DNA of 64,000 nt from an uncultured Gemmatimonadaceae bacterium. Lineage in GTDB: Bacteria; Gemmatimonadota; Gemmatimonadetes; Gemmatimonadales; Gemmatimonadaceae. The notes beneath the pieces were generated by a model. It saw only the letters and a list, made by a program, of their open reading frames with translations, searched no databases and was not told the origin of the DNA. The translations under genes and the position numbers were made by a program. Shown here one piece after another: positions 38,691-50,168 of the stretch; position 1 is the stretch's first letter; each line of letters begins with the position of its first letter. The stretch is taken from NCBI GenBank assembly GCA_963790305.1, contig CAWBOC010000006.1:414675-478674 (forward strand), written 5' to 3'.

Positions 38691-40420
38691 TCAGACGTGC
38701 CGACGAATGTCAGCCAGCTTCGCCTGAAGACGGGGCTGACCATTCCACTCATCGCGCTCCAGGCGAAAGGCGACATCGAGCGACGGCCAGTTCTCCAGCT
38801 CGGGGATGAGCGAGCCCATTCCCCACCCAATCGCGTCGATGTGCGTGTCATCATGGCTGAGCCACAGCTTCAAGTGGCCCTGGCCGACCAGTCGTGGAGC
38901 GGTTCCGAGTCGCGCGTCGGTGATCGCAAACACCGGCGACGCGTTGCCGACACCGTGTGGCTCGAAGTGGCGAAGCAGCGTCTCGAGATCGCCGTTGAGC
39001 GTGCTCAATGGAACGACGACGTCCACTTTCACTTCCGGCACCAGGTCGTCGATGGTCAGTCGCTCGTGCGCGACCGCGTCGAAGCGCTGCTCGAACTCCT
39101 CGAGCCGCGAACGCTCGATCGTGAGGCCGGCGGCAGTGCGGTGCCCGCCGAACCGGACGAACAGATCGCGACAGGCGGCCAGTCCCGCGTGAAGATCGAA
39201 CGCCGGGATCGATCGCCCGGATCCCTTCCCCTCGTTGGCATCGAGCGAAATCATCACGACCGGGCGGCACGTCTCTTCGACGATCCGCGACGCGACGATG
39301 CCGATCACGCCCGGATGCCACCCTTCCTGCGACAGCACGAGTCCCCAGCGTGCATCGAGATCGGTCTGCTCGAGCTTCTTGCGGGCATCGGCGAGGGTGG
39401 CGCGATCCACCTGCTGCCGTTGCTGATTCAGCTCCTCGAGCTCGCGCGCGATCGCATTCGCTTCGTGCTCGTCCTCGGTCGTGAGCAGCTGCACTCCGCG
39501 CAGTGCATGTCCGAGTCGTCCTGCGGCGTTGAGCCGTGGTGCGAGCGTAAACCCGACGCGACCAGCGGTAAGCTGTTTCCCTGCGAGGCCGGCAGCCCGA
39601 ACGAGGGCGCGAAGCCCAAGCGTGGGGGAGTTCATCATGAGGCGCAGCCCGTACCGCGCGAAGATACGGTTCTCGCCTCGCAGGGGCGCGACATCGGCGA
39701 TGGTGGCCATGGCGACGAGGTCGAGCATGTTGTGAACGACGTTCACGTCGCCGCCTAACCGCTTCGCCAGCGCGAGCGCGATCTTGTACGCAATGCCCGC
39801 CGCAGCCAGATCCTTGTCGGGGTACTCACACCCGGGCTGCTTGGGATTGATGACCGCCAGGCAGTCGGGGAGCGGACCGCCTGGAAGGTGGTGGTCGCTC
39901 ACGATGACGTCGAATGCCCGCCGCGCAGGCTGCCGCCACCGGCTCGCGCGCGCTCGTACCGCAGTCACACGTGATGATCACGCGGGCATTCTCGGCCATC
40001 GCGGCGCGGACGCCAGCCATCGTCAGGTCGTATCCATCCTCGAGCCGGCGTGGGATGAAGGGAACGACCTTTCCACCGAGCGCGCGAATGGTCCGGACGA
40101 GGATCGTCGTCGAGCAGAATGCCATCCACGTCGTAATCGCCGTGCACGAGGATGGTCTCGCCCTCGGAGATCGCGTGCGCGAGACGCTCGACGGCAACGG
40201 GAAGGCCAAGCAAACGCTCCGGGTCGTGCAGCTGCTCCAGACGCGGGCGCAGGTATCGCTTCGCCGGATCAACGTCGAGATACCCCCGCCGGCAGAGGAG
40301 CTCGCAGACAATGGGCGGAAGGTGCAGCTCCGCCGCGAGGGCGGCGATGGCGGCGGGATCGACGGGGGTGGGCATGACCCACCGCGCCTGCGGGCGCGCG
40401 CGTGCAACGGGTGCGGTCAC
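38691..40420 (-). CDS. recJ: ssDNA exonuclease RecJ; two apparent +1 frameshifts (~40118, ~39913)
   Basis: HGDYDVDG, DCG, DHH, TIADV, PRLNAAGR and GSGRS motifs spread over three frames. Confidence 0.9.
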
Positions 40421-40458
40421 GCCTGAAAGTTACCGGCGTGGCGCACGGCCAACAAGCA

Positions 40459-41163
40459 TCATCCTGGCGCGTACAGGAGCACTCCGCATCCCTCGCAGGC
40501 GTCAATGGTTATCCCGGACATGATCTGATTTCTTCGTTGCATCGGAATCGCGGTGTTGCACGCGCTGCATGAGGCACCCCGAATCTCCGCCAGTGGGGTT
40601 CCGCGACCTCGACGCCGGAGGCGATCATATGCCGTGAGGAGCCGCGGAGTCACGTCCCGCGCCGACGACTCCCGTTTGGCACCCGCCGCCGCGATCTCGC
40701 GCTCGATGATCTCGCGCTCGCCAGCGGTCCCCGCGCGCGTATCGCGTATGCGCTCGTCGACCTCCATCAGGACCAGCTCCCGCGCGACCACCTGATCGCG
40801 CAGCGAGCGTGCGCGCTGCTCAGCGGTCTGGAGATCGTTCTCGTCCTGCATCAACGCGCGTCGCGTGATGTCGATCTGCGACATTGCCGCGGTCGCCTCG
40901 CGCGCCTTCTTCACGGCATCGAGCTGCGCAAGGTTTTTTTCCTGCAGCTGCTTGTGCTCGGAGAACTTCGATTGCAGCTCGCGCTGACGCTTCTCCTCGG
41001 CCGCCAGATCCTCGCGCGCTTTGTCCAGAGTCGCGGCAGCCTCCGCGCGCTCCCGCTCGAGCGCACGAACTCCCGCATCAAGATCGTGTAGCCGACGGTT
41101 GAGCCCATCGAGCTCGGCGTCGTCCCGCTGCAGCGTCAACAACCGTTCAATGTCCGGGTTCAC
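40459..41163 (-). CDS. Coiled-coil protein with C4 zinc ribbon (DUF164-like)
   Basis: Long coiled coil plus CSAC...CEGCG.LLY. Confidence 0.85.
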   Translation of the reverse strand: MNPDIERLLTLQRDDAELDGLNRRLHDLDAGVRALERERAEAAATLDKAREDLAAEEKRQRELQSKFSEHKQLQEKNLAQLDAVKKAREATAAMSQIDITRRALMQDENDLQTAEQRARSLRDQVVARELVLMEVDERIRDTRAGTAGEREIIEREIAAAGAKRESSARDVTPRLLTAYDRLRRRGRGTPLAEIRGASCSACNTAIPMQRRNQIMSGITIDACEGCGVLLYAPG

Positions 41164-41174
41164 TCATCCTCCCT

Positions 41175-43032
41175 TTACGATCGCGATTTACCAAAATGTC
41201 GAAATCCCTGGCCGCCGACCGCCTGTACATCGCGTCGCAGCTTGATCTTTTCGACAATGAGCACGTCTTTTTCCTCCCCGGCCGCGAGCGGCAACAGCCG
41301 GTCGATCTCCGCCAGTCGCGTTTCCATCTCCCGCACACGAAGTGCCGCCAACGAGTCGTCGATCGTACGACGCATGTCGACGAGCGCTTCCGGCTCGTCG
41401 AGCAACGCCTGCATCTCTTCTACGGCGGCGGGCGTCAGGGCGCTGGACAATTCCTCGATAGTGGCACCATCGCCGAGCTGAACCAGCGTCTGAAAGATCT
41501 CGCGTAGCTCGGCATTGCGAAACTCCGCCGGGTCTACGCGCTCCGCCAAGCCATCCACCTCGCCTCGCTCGTGCACCATCACTCGCACGAGCTCGCGTTC
41601 CGCGCTCTCGCCCCGCGCACGATTCCGACGGTCCCGACTGCGGCGATCGCGCGTCCGCGGTCTGCTTGGCTCCTCGACTGAGGGCGGAGCTTCTCGCTCG
41701 TCCCGACGGGGTGCAGGCCCAGCGGACCGAGCACGGCCACTACCACTCCCTGGTGCCGCGTCGACCTCACGCGCTAGCAAGTCCTTGGCGACTCCCGCGG
41801 CTTCGCTCGCGCGGGTGAGATACATGTCGCGCGTGAGCGCATCGGCCGTCGCTCGAATCGTTGGGAGCAAGCGGTCGAGTGCCCGGCGCTTTCTGCTCAA
41901 GTCACCGAACCATCCTGCGCGATCGAGAAGCTGAACCTTTCGCTCGAACACGTCGACGGAGCGCTCGAGCTGTTCGCGCAGCGCGTCGGCGCCATGCGTG
42001 TCGACGAAGCTATCCGGATCCTCGCCGTCCGGAAGTGTGACGACTTGCACGGCAAACCCGTGGCGCAGGAGCTCATCGCCAGCGCGAAAGGTCGCCTTGA
42101 GGCCGGCGCGATCGCTGTCGTACAGGAGGAAGGCCGTACGCGTGTATCGCGTGAGAAGTGCCGCCTGCTGCTCCGTCAGCGCGGTTCCGAGCGGCGCCAC
42201 GACGGGTTCGAGTCCCGCTGACCACAGTCGCACGGCGTCGAAGTATCCCTCGACGACCACCACGCGATCCTCGCGGCGTATCGAGTGCTTCGCCCAATTG
42301 AGTCCGTAGAGAAGGCGGGATTTCGAAAAGAATGGGCGAGTCGGCCGAGTTCAGATACTTTGGCTCACCCGGCCCGAGCAGCCGGCCACCGAATCCGACG
42401 TGATGACCGGACGCATCGTGGATCGGGAAGATCAACCGATTGCGGAAACGCGGCCGCTGCTCATTGGTCTCCTCGCGAGTGACGAGCAATCCTGCCTCGG
42501 CGAGGCGCGCGTCAGGGTAGCCTAACGCGTTCAAATGTTCGCGCATCGCATCGAGGTCGCGAGGCGCGTAGCCGAGCCCAAAGCGATCGGCGATCTCTCG
42601 GGATACACGTCGGAGCGAGAGGTAGTCGCGCGCCGCCTTACCGATATCCTCCGCCCACAGCATGTCACGGAAATAGGCGGCCGCGGCAGCGTTGAGCTCC
42701 CAGAAGGGCTCGCGGGCGTCCTTCTCCTGCGTGCGCGTCTCGACTTCCCGGACCTCGATCCCCACGCGATCGGCGACCAGACGCACCGCCGCCGGCCACT
42801 CCATGCCTAACCGCTTCTGGAGAAAGGTGAAGACGTCGCCTCCCTCGTGGCACACGAAACAGTAGTAGATCCCCTTCTTCGGGGAGACGGAGAAGTTCCG
42901 GTGCGTTCCCTGATGAAAGGGACAGGGGCCGCGGAAATCCGCGCCCGAGCGCTTGAGATTCACGTGCTCGCCGATGATCTGCACGATGTCGGCGGCCTCG
43001 CGCACGCGCTCGATCGTCTCGTCGCTGATCAT
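41175..43032 (-). CDS. dnaG: DNA primase; one apparent frameshift (~42331)
   Basis: CPFH..CFVC Zn finger, FRNRLIFPI, FGGR, PKYLNS; then EGYFD, YDSDRAG and DPD in the next frame. Confidence 0.92.
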
Positions 43033-43036
43033 CGCA

Positions 43037-45414
43037 TCACTCGAGAACGGCGACCGTCACGCCGTTCCCGCCCTCGTTCCATGCCCCGAGCCGAAACTGC
43101 CGTACGCGACCGTCGGACTTGAGCATCTCGGCCACGCGCTGCCGCAGCGCTCCGGTGCCCTTCCCGTGAATGATCCGCAGCTGTTTCAGCTCTGCCCGCA
43201 CGGCGCCGTCCAGCGCAGGCAGCAGCACGGCATCGATCTCGTCGGCGCGCATTCCGCGAAGATCGACTTCGCTCGCCGCCTGGACATCGGGCAAGTCGCC
43301 CCGAATGGGCACCACGACTTCGGGCGTTGGGTCCTTCCGAGACGAGCGACGGAGCGACGCGAGCTTCACCGCCAGCTTCATCGCACCGACGGTGACGATC
43401 CCTTCGTCACCCCGGACGTCGAGCAATCGGCCCAGGCGGCCGCCGAGGGTATCGACTTCGACGACGTCGCCTTCCACCAGCGGCGCCGACGACGAGCTCC
43501 CATTTTCGCGCGCTTCCTCCGCCTCTATCCCGAAAGCGCTTCGGCCTGCTCCTGGGCAAGCGCTTCGACGCGCCGCCGTGCCTCTCGCGCTGCATCGCCC
43601 GGGTCAGCCGCCTCCTGTCGCAGGGCCTTGATCGTCTCCTCGATCTCGGAACGCGCATCGAGGAGATAGCGCCGTGCTTCCTGACGGGCACGCTTCTCCT
43701 GCGTCCGCTCGGCTTCGCGCATCGCGCGTTCGCGCGATTCGACCGACTCCCGGCGTGCATCGAGATTCTCGCGATCCAGCGCCGCTTGCCGCTCCCGTTC
43801 CGTGAGCTCTGCCTCACGACGCTCGATTTCGGCGAGCAGGATCGCGAGGTCGCGCTCCTGCTTGGGCACGCGCTCCTCTGCCCGCACCAGAACGTGCTCC
43901 GGCAGACGCAGCCGGCGCGCGATGCCCAGGCCGTAGGAGCGGCCCGGGATGCCTTTGATCAGGCGATACGTCGGAGCGAGCGCAACAGCATCGAACTGAA
44001 GCGATGCGTTGACAATGGCCGCATTCTCGGTCGAGAGCTGCTTGAGCGCGCCCAGGTGCGTCGTGGCGATGGTGAGGCCGCCCCGCGAGGTCAGCTCCTC
44101 GAGGATCGCGCCGCCGAGCGCGGCCCCTTCGGTGGGATCGGTCCCGGCCCCGAGCTCATCCATGAGCACCAGCGAATCGCCCGTCGCACGATCGAGGATC
44201 TCCGCGAGATTTCTCAGGTGCGCGCTGAACGTGGAGAGGCTCGCCTCGATCGACTGCTCGTCCCCAATGTCGGCGAAGATGTCATCGAAGAGCGTGACGC
44301 GGCTCTCGGGGCCGACGGGCGCTGGAATGCCGCATTGGGTCATCGCGGCGATGAGGCCGAGAGCCTTGAGCAACACCGTTTTGCCACCCGTGTTCGGCCC
44401 GGAGATGAGCAGCGTACGCTCCTCTCCTCCAAGCTCGAGGTCGAACGGAACCACGGTGCCGCCGCGCGCGAGGAGGAGCGGGTGGCGGCCTTCGCGAATG
44501 GCGAACCCTTCCCGTGGCGTCGCGAGCCCCGCCGGCGCACAGCGAAACTCATCGGCGAATCGTGCCCGCGCGAACAGTGCGTCGATCTCGATCAGGGCGT
44601 CGAGCGCGGCAGTCATCGGCTCGCGCAGCGGCCGAATAGCCTCGGTGAGCTCGCGGAGGACGCGCAAGACTTCCCGCGCTTCCTCCGCCTCGAGCTCGCG
44701 AATGCGGTTGCCGAACTCGATCGCCGCCGGGGGCTCGACGAAGAGCGTGTTCTTGGTGGCCGACTCGTCGTGTACGATTCCGCCAATGGTCGCCCGTGCC
44801 TCACGGCGAATCGGAATCACGTAGCGCCCATTGCGAACGGTGACCGACATGTCGGGGACGCGGTGATGGGCGTCGAGCCGCGCCATGTGCCGCTCCAGCA
44901 GTGCGACGAGCTCGCCCTCGGCGCCGCGCAGGTCGCGTCGAATCTTGCGCAGCGCCGGTGAAGCTTCGTCCTTCACCATGCCTTCGTCGTCGATCGCGCG
45001 CTCGATGGTGGTCTCCTGCGGGCGGGCGACGACCAGCTGCTGCACGAGCGGATCGAGTACGGCGCTTGCGACATCGCGCCGCTCGCCACTGCCGAGCTCC
45101 TCGTGAGTGCGGCGGGAGGATCGCAACAGCTTGCACGCCGCGAGCAGCTCGGCGGCCGTCCACACGGTGCCTTCGACGCGGAGTTTGGGGAGTGAGTCGC
45201 CCATCTCCGGGATCGGCTCGGGGCGAAAGCCGTCGTTGCCCGCGCTCACAGCGCGCATGGCCGAGACGCGCATGAGCTCGCGCTCGATCCAGCCGCGGTC
45301 GGTAGTTGGAGCGAGCGTGCGAACGCGTTCGGCGCCCGGCCCCGTGGCTGCACGGCCGGCAACGAGGGAGAGGACCTCGGGAAGCTCGAGAACGCGGAGC
45401 GCGTGGCTGTTCAT
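43037..45414 (-). CDS. mutS2: Endonuclease MutS2; one apparent frameshift (~43530)
   Basis: SGPNTGGKT, STFSAH, DELGAGTDP, TTH; Smr domain (DLRG, IIHGKGTGALR) in the next frame. Confidence 0.92.
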
Positions 45415-45420
45415 GACGGC

Positions 45421-45510
45421 AGAGGCGCTAAAGGCGCTAAAGGCGCTGAACGTCATCGTAGTTCAGCGCCCCTAGCGCCCCCTAGCGCCTTTAGCGCCTT
45501 TAGCGCCTCC
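45421..45510. repeat. 9-nt AGGCGCTAA tandem with inverted TTTAGCGCC arm
   Basis: agaggcgcta aaggcgcta aaggcgctg aac..gtt cagcgcc cctagcgcc ccctagcgcc tttagcgcc tttagcgcc; fills the yqeY-mutS2 gap. Confidence 0.88.
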
Positions 45511-45513
45511 GCC

Positions 45514-45957
45514 TCACACACGCCCCGCAAGCTCCTCGCGAGCAATGGCGTTGATCGTCCCGCCCTCGGCGCGCCCTTTGAATTGCGGCATCACCTTCCC
45601 CATGACCGCACCGATGTTGGCCGCGCCGGCCGCGATGGCCGCTCGGACAGCGGCGCGAATCTCATCGTCGCTCACCGATGCTGGCAGATACTGCTCGAGC
45701 GCGGCGACCTCGCTGCGCTCCTTGTCCGACAGGTCCGCGCGACCACCCTTGTCGTACGCTTCGATGGACTCACGCCTGCGCTTGATACCTCTGCGCAGAA
45801 CCTCGACGACCTCCTCGTCGGTAGGATCGCGGCGAAGCTCGATCTTCCGGTTCTTGATGTCGGCCAGAATCGTCCCGAGAAGCAGCGTTCTCGGTTTGTC
45901 CTGGGCCTTGCGAGCGGTTGTGAGATCGGCCTGAAGGCGGGCGAGGAGAGCGGACAC
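45514..45957 (-). CDS. GatB/YqeY domain protein
   Basis: KRRRESIEAY..GGR.DL...E, YLP, GKVM...KGRAEG. Confidence 0.9.
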   Translation of the reverse strand: MSALLARLQADLTTARKAQDKPRTLLLGTILADIKNRKIELRRDPTDEEVVEVLRRGIKRRRESIEAYDKGGRADLSDKERSEVAALEQYLPASVSDDEIRAAVRAAIAAGAANIGAVMGKVMPQFKGRAEGGTINAIAREELAGRV

Positions 45958-46005
45958 GTATTGAAGCTAGAAATGGCACAGGGGAGGGCAAGCACAAACG
46001 TATCG

Positions 46006-46347
46006 TCAGCCCGGCGGCCACCCCAGGCCACGGCCCCCTAGCAGGTGCATGTGGATGTGAAAAACGGTCTGCCCGGCGTCCGCGTTGGTGTTGATGACGG
46101 TGCGATACCCACTGTCGGCGATGCCTTCTTGCTTGGCGATCTCGGCGGCGAGCATGGCCATGCGACCGACCACCTCGGGATCGCGGAGCTGATTCAACGA
46201 TGGGATGTGCTCCCGCGGGATGATGAGCACGTGCGACGGCGCCTGTGGATTGATGTCGCGAAACGCGATGCAGTCGTCGGTCTTCGCGATCACCTTGGCG
46301 GGAATCTCGTTGCGGATGATGCGACAGAAGAGACAATCGTCAGCCAC
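46006..46347 (-). CDS. Histidine triad (HIT) nucleotide-binding protein
   Basis: CLFCRI, AFRDINPQAP, GQTVFHIHMHLLGGR. Confidence 0.93.
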   Translation of the reverse strand: MADDCLFCRIIRNEIPAKVIAKTDDCIAFRDINPQAPSHVLIIPREHIPSLNQLRDPEVVGRMAMLAAEIAKQEGIADSGYRTVINTNADAGQTVFHIHMHLLGGRGLGWPPG

Positions 46348-47092
46348 GTGCGCTCTCCCCATTGGCGGCGAACGCGGCGCGCGCGATCGCGAGCGCCGCG
46401 GTGCCGGCGGTTTCGAAGCGTAAGGTAGTGACCCCGATGGAAACGGGCATCCATCCGGCCAATGCGAGGCGCTCGCGCTCATCGTCGTCCAGTCCGCCTT
46501 CCGGCCCCATGGCAATGCTGAGCGGCGCGCTGACCGGCAGGCTCAACATCGGCTCCCCGGCAACGTCGAGCAGACAATGCATGCCCGGCCCCGCTGCCTC
46601 GACAACGTCGTCGCCGGGCACATCGGGCAGAATCGCGGGCAGCCATGCGCCGCTCGACTGCGTCAGCGCGGAAATCATCCGGGCTCGCACCCTGGTGCGG
46701 AATGCTTCCCCTTCGCCCCGCGGCGAGACGCCGCGTGACCGCCGCCACATCACCGCCCGCCAGCTCGTTAGGCCGAGCTCGGTGGCCTTTTCGGCGAGCC
46801 AGAGCATTCGGTCGCGGTCGGCGACGGGAGCAAGGAGGTGGACGGGGGGCAGCGGCGCGGAGTGCGAAACGCTCTGAACGTCGATGGTGGCCCCGGTCTT
46901 CGTCAGGCGTGCGAGTGATCCCGAAGCGACGGTGCCGGCGCCATCGACGAGCCGCACGGGATCGCCCACCTCCAGCCGGCGCACCCGTGCGTGGTGCGCC
47001 TCGCTTTCACCGAGCCCCGCGGTGCGGCCCGCCTCGAGCCGCTCCTCGCAGAAAAACGTCGCTACGCCGGTCGCGCGACTACCGTCCACCAC
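46340..47092 (-). CDS. rsmE: 16S rRNA m3U1498 methyltransferase
   Basis: HARVRR, EKATELG, GPEGG, LRFETA. Start uncertain. Confidence 0.9.
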   Translation of the reverse strand: MVDGSRATGVATFFCEERLEAGRTAGLGESEAHHARVRRLEVGDPVRLVDGAGTVASGSLARLTKTGATIDVQSVSHSAPLPPVHLLAPVADRDRMLWLAEKATELGLTSWRAVMWRRSRGVSPRGEGEAFRTRVRARMISALTQSSGAWLPAILPDVPGDDVVEAAGPGMHCLLDVAGEPMLSLPVSAPLSIAMGPEGGLDDDERERLALAGWMPVSIGVTTLRFETAGTAALAIARAAFAANGESARG

Positions 47093-47889
47093 GCATCCTC
47101 GGTGTCCTCCTGTCCGGCGCGCCACCCTTGGGTAGCGAGCGCAACCATGAAGTCCTCGCGCTCATCGCGAAGGATTCCGGAGAAAATCGCCACGCCATCG
47201 GTATCGAGTGCGGCCCGTACCGCCGGGAGCAGCGAGATCAGGACAGATGAGATGATGTTGGCAAGGACGACGCGGACGGGGGCAATGTGCGGAAGCAGCG
47301 CATCAGCGTCGCCTTCGATCACAACTACGCGGTCGTCCACGCCGTTCGCGCGCACGTTCTCCTCGGCGTTGCCAATGGCGTCGGCATCGATCTCGATCGC
47401 CGCGACTCTCGATGCGCCGAGTAGGGCCGCGCCGATGGAGAGCACTGCGCTGCCCGCGCCGAGGTCCGCAACGCGATCGCCGGGCCTCACGACGTCGTAC
47501 ATGAGACGGAGCACGCCGCGGGTCGTGGGATGCTCCCCGGTCCCGAACGCCATCGCCGGGTCGATGACAATGGTCATCGCACGCTCGGCATCGCTGGCGT
47601 TGAGCCACGGCGGCACGATGACGAAACGCCCGGCACGAGAGACGCCCACGGTCGACGGCCAAGGACGGTCGATCTCGGTCGCGGGAGCCTCGCGCACTTC
47701 GAGAACGGCTCCGTCATCTTCGGCGACTGCGCTGCGGACGCGGTCGAGCGGCGCGTCGTCAGGCAGGTAGGTGAGGAGGTCCTGGCGCTCCTCCTGCACG
47801 CAGGCGGCGCCGGCTTCGATGAGCGCGGCGGCGATCGCATCGCGCGTCGTCTCGCTCGCGCCCGCCACCCGCACCGCCAGCCACGACAT
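47062..47889 (-). CDS. prmA: Ribosomal protein L11 methyltransferase
   Basis: IDPAMAFGTGEHPTT, DLGAGSAVL, ANI, SGIL. Confidence 0.93.
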   Translation of the reverse strand: MSWLAVRVAGASETTRDAIAAALIEAGAACVQEERQDLLTYLPDDAPLDRVRSAVAEDDGAVLEVREAPATEIDRPWPSTVGVSRAGRFVIVPPWLNASDAERAMTIVIDPAMAFGTGEHPTTRGVLRLMYDVVRPGDRVADLGAGSAVLSIGAALLGASRVAAIEIDADAIGNAEENVRANGVDDRVVVIEGDADALLPHIAPVRVVLANIISSVLISLLPAVRAALDTDGVAIFSGILRDEREDFMVALATQGWRAGQEDTEDAWWTVVARPA

Positions 47890-49022
47890 CAGGCCCCGAG
47901 GGCTTCCTTCACCTTCGACCAGAAGCCCTTCTCGCGGGAGGCGGGCGGCTTCGCGCCCTGCTCGGCGAGCTGACGCACCAGCGTCTGCTCCTCGGACGAC
48001 ATTTCCTGAGGTGTCCAGAGCTGCACCCGGACGTTCAAGTCGCCGATGCCGGCCGCGTTCACGCGAGGAAGACCGCGGCCGCGGAGCTTGAACACCTGTC
48101 CGCTTTGTGTACCTCCCGGCAGGCGGAGCGTAACAGCACCCGTCACCGTTGGCACTTCGACGTCGCCGCCGAGCACGAGCTGCGGATAGGAGACGAGGGC
48201 CTCGGTGAAGAGATCCTCGCCGTCGCGCTCGAATCGCGGATCTTCCTCGACATCGAACACGACCAGGATATCACCCCGAGCCCCGGCGCGCGGTCCGACG
48301 CTCCCGGCGCCACGCAGCGTCATGTACTGTCCCGTCGACACGCCTGCCGGTACGCTTACCGGTATGTTGTGCTCGCCTCGCACGCGGCCTTCGCCTTTGC
48401 ATTTCTTGCAAGGCTGGGCAATGACCTTTCCCTGCCCCGCGCAGGTCGGACAAGGCGCGACGCTCACGAACTGTCCGAAGAATGACTGCTGAGCGCGGCG
48501 CACTTCGCCGCTCCCGTGACAGGTGGGGCACCGTGTCGGCGCGCTTCCCGCCTCCGCTCCACTTCCTCGGCACTTGTCGCAGGGATCGAGGAGCTTGGCG
48601 ACAATGGTCTTCTCGACACCCGTCGCCACCTCGGCGAGCGTGAGCGATATCGTGACCTTGACGTCGGCGCCGGTGCGCGGGGTTCCGCGCCCGCGTCCTC
48701 CCCCAAACAGCTCCTCGAAGCCTCCGAGCCCACCGATGTCGCGCATGAAGATGCTGAGCGCCTCGGAGAGATCGACGTGGTGGAAGCCGCCCACGCCACC
48801 GCCACGAAGCCCTGCCTCGCCGTAGCGGTCGTACATCGCGCGCTTGTCTGGATTCCGAAGTACGTCGTACGCCTCGGTGATCTCCTTGAACTTTTCTTCC
48901 GCATCCTTGGATCCGTTGTTTCGGTCCGGATGGTATGTCATCGCCAACTTCCGATAGGCTTTCTTGATCTCCTCATCGGACGCCGAGCGTTCAACACCGA
49001 GCGTTTGGTAAAAATCAGACAT
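47889..49022 (-). CDS. dnaJ: Chaperone DnaJ
   Basis: HPD J-domain, G/F region, four CxxCxGxG repeats. Confidence 0.97.
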   Translation of the reverse strand: MSDFYQTLGVERSASDEEIKKAYRKLAMTYHPDRNNGSKDAEEKFKEITEAYDVLRNPDKRAMYDRYGEAGLRGGGVGGFHHVDLSEALSIFMRDIGGLGGFEELFGGGRGRGTPRTGADVKVTISLTLAEVATGVEKTIVAKLLDPCDKCRGSGAEAGSAPTRCPTCHGSGEVRRAQQSFFGQFVSVAPCPTCAGQGKVIAQPCKKCKGEGRVRGEHNIPVSVPAGVSTGQYMTLRGAGSVGPRAGARGDILVVFDVEEDPRFERDGEDLFTEALVSYPQLVLGGDVEVPTVTGAVTLRLPGGTQSGQVFKLRGRGLPRVNAAGIGDLNVRVQLWTPQEMSSEEQTLVRQLAEQGAKPPASREKGFWSKVKEALGA

Positions 49023-49065
49023 GTCGTGGGGTAGCAAGGGATCGCCTGCAACTCGTCACGGCCAC

Positions 49066-49093
49066 TGCGAATTGCGAGCAGCTCGCAGCTCGC
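49066..49093. repeat. Short heptamer tandem/inverted remnant (TGCGAGC/GCTCGCA)
   Basis: ctgcgaa ttgcgag ca gctcgca gctcgc between hrcA and dnaJ. Confidence 0.45.
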
Positions 49094-49097
49094 TTTC

Positions 49098-50141
49098 TCA
49101 ATCGAGAAGCTCGGTCAGCATTCGCGACGTATGGTTCACCAGCGAAACGATCTTGTCATACGGCATCCGCGTCGGGCCGATCACGCCGATCACGCCCGAG
49201 AGCGCGCCTGCATGATACTCCGAAGTCACGACCGTGAAGGACGCCAGCGCCGGATCGTTGTGCTCGTTGCCGATCGTGATCGTTAGGCCCGGCGTTTCGC
49301 CTCGACCGCGGAGCAACATCGCCAGCTCCCCGGGCATGTCGGTGAGCTGAAGCAGCCGCCGCATGTTCTCCCCGCTCGCGAACTCCGGTTGCTCGACCAG
49401 CTTCGACGTCCCACTCAGCAGCACGCTTTCAGGACCGGACGTTCCGGCCACGTCGAAGAGGTGATCCCCCTCCTGGACGAAAATGTTGAGCAGCTCGCGC
49501 GCTTCGGCCGGCGTCGGCGCATCGCGAAGACGATCCGGCATGGTTTGACGGATCTGTCGCAACGTCAGGCCGCCCAAGCGCTCATTGAGTACCAACGCGA
49601 CCGCAGCGAGCGCGGTTTCGGCCATCTCGGAGCGGACCTCGACGAAAATGCTGTGGACGGCGCCCCCGCGCAGACGGAGCACCAGCAGCATCCGCTCGGA
49701 GGACACGCGAATGAGCTCGAGGCGCTCGAGAACCGCTTCCTCGAGCCTCGGCCCCACGGCGACGCCGAGCTCCTGCGTTAGAACACCGAGCATTTGCGCG
49801 GCGCGGCGGAGGATGGATTCGATCGCCGTGCCCCCAGACGAGACGTGCTCGAACAACCGGTCCTTCTCCTGCGTCGAGACCGGCGACACCCGCATCAGCG
49901 AATCGACGTACACGCGGTACGCCATGTCGGTCGGTACGCGCCCGGCGGACGTGTGCGGGTGGAAGAGATATCCTTTCTCTTCCAGGTCGCTCATCGTGTT
50001 ACGGATGGTCGCAGGCGACACGCCAAGCCCAAACCGCCGCGAGATGGTGCGCGAGCCCGCAGGCTCGGCAGTCTCGACGTAGGACTGAATCACCGCCTCG
50101 AGTACGCGGCGCTCCCGTTCCGTGAGGGGCTGCGGTGTCAT
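49098..50141 (-). CDS. hrcA: Heat-inducible transcription repressor
   Basis: SPATIRNTM.DLEE.GYL..PHTSAGRVPT, GVIGPTRMPY. Confidence 0.96.
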   Translation of the reverse strand: MTPQPLTERERRVLEAVIQSYVETAEPAGSRTISRRFGLGVSPATIRNTMSDLEEKGYLFHPHTSAGRVPTDMAYRVYVDSLMRVSPVSTQEKDRLFEHVSSGGTAIESILRRAAQMLGVLTQELGVAVGPRLEEAVLERLELIRVSSERMLLVLRLRGGAVHSIFVEVRSEMAETALAAVALVLNERLGGLTLRQIRQTMPDRLRDAPTPAEARELLNIFVQEGDHLFDVAGTSGPESVLLSGTSKLVEQPEFASGENMRRLLQLTDMPGELAMLLRGRGETPGLTITIGNEHNDPALASFTVVTSEYHAGALSGVIGVIGPTRMPYDKIVSLVNHTSRMLTELLD

Positions 50142-50168
50142 AAGTGCAAATATCGTAATAACTTGCCG

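Noticed and set aside
38669..38715. Near-duplicated CTGACAT segment at the recJ end giving an alternative DIRVSDN* terminus
   Set aside because: Too short to distinguish from chance or another indel.
38691..45414. recJ, dnaG and mutS2 as pseudogenes or programmed frameshifts
   Set aside because: dnaG is essential, each break is repaired by one base, and no slippery site with a stimulator is evident. Sequencing error is more likely.
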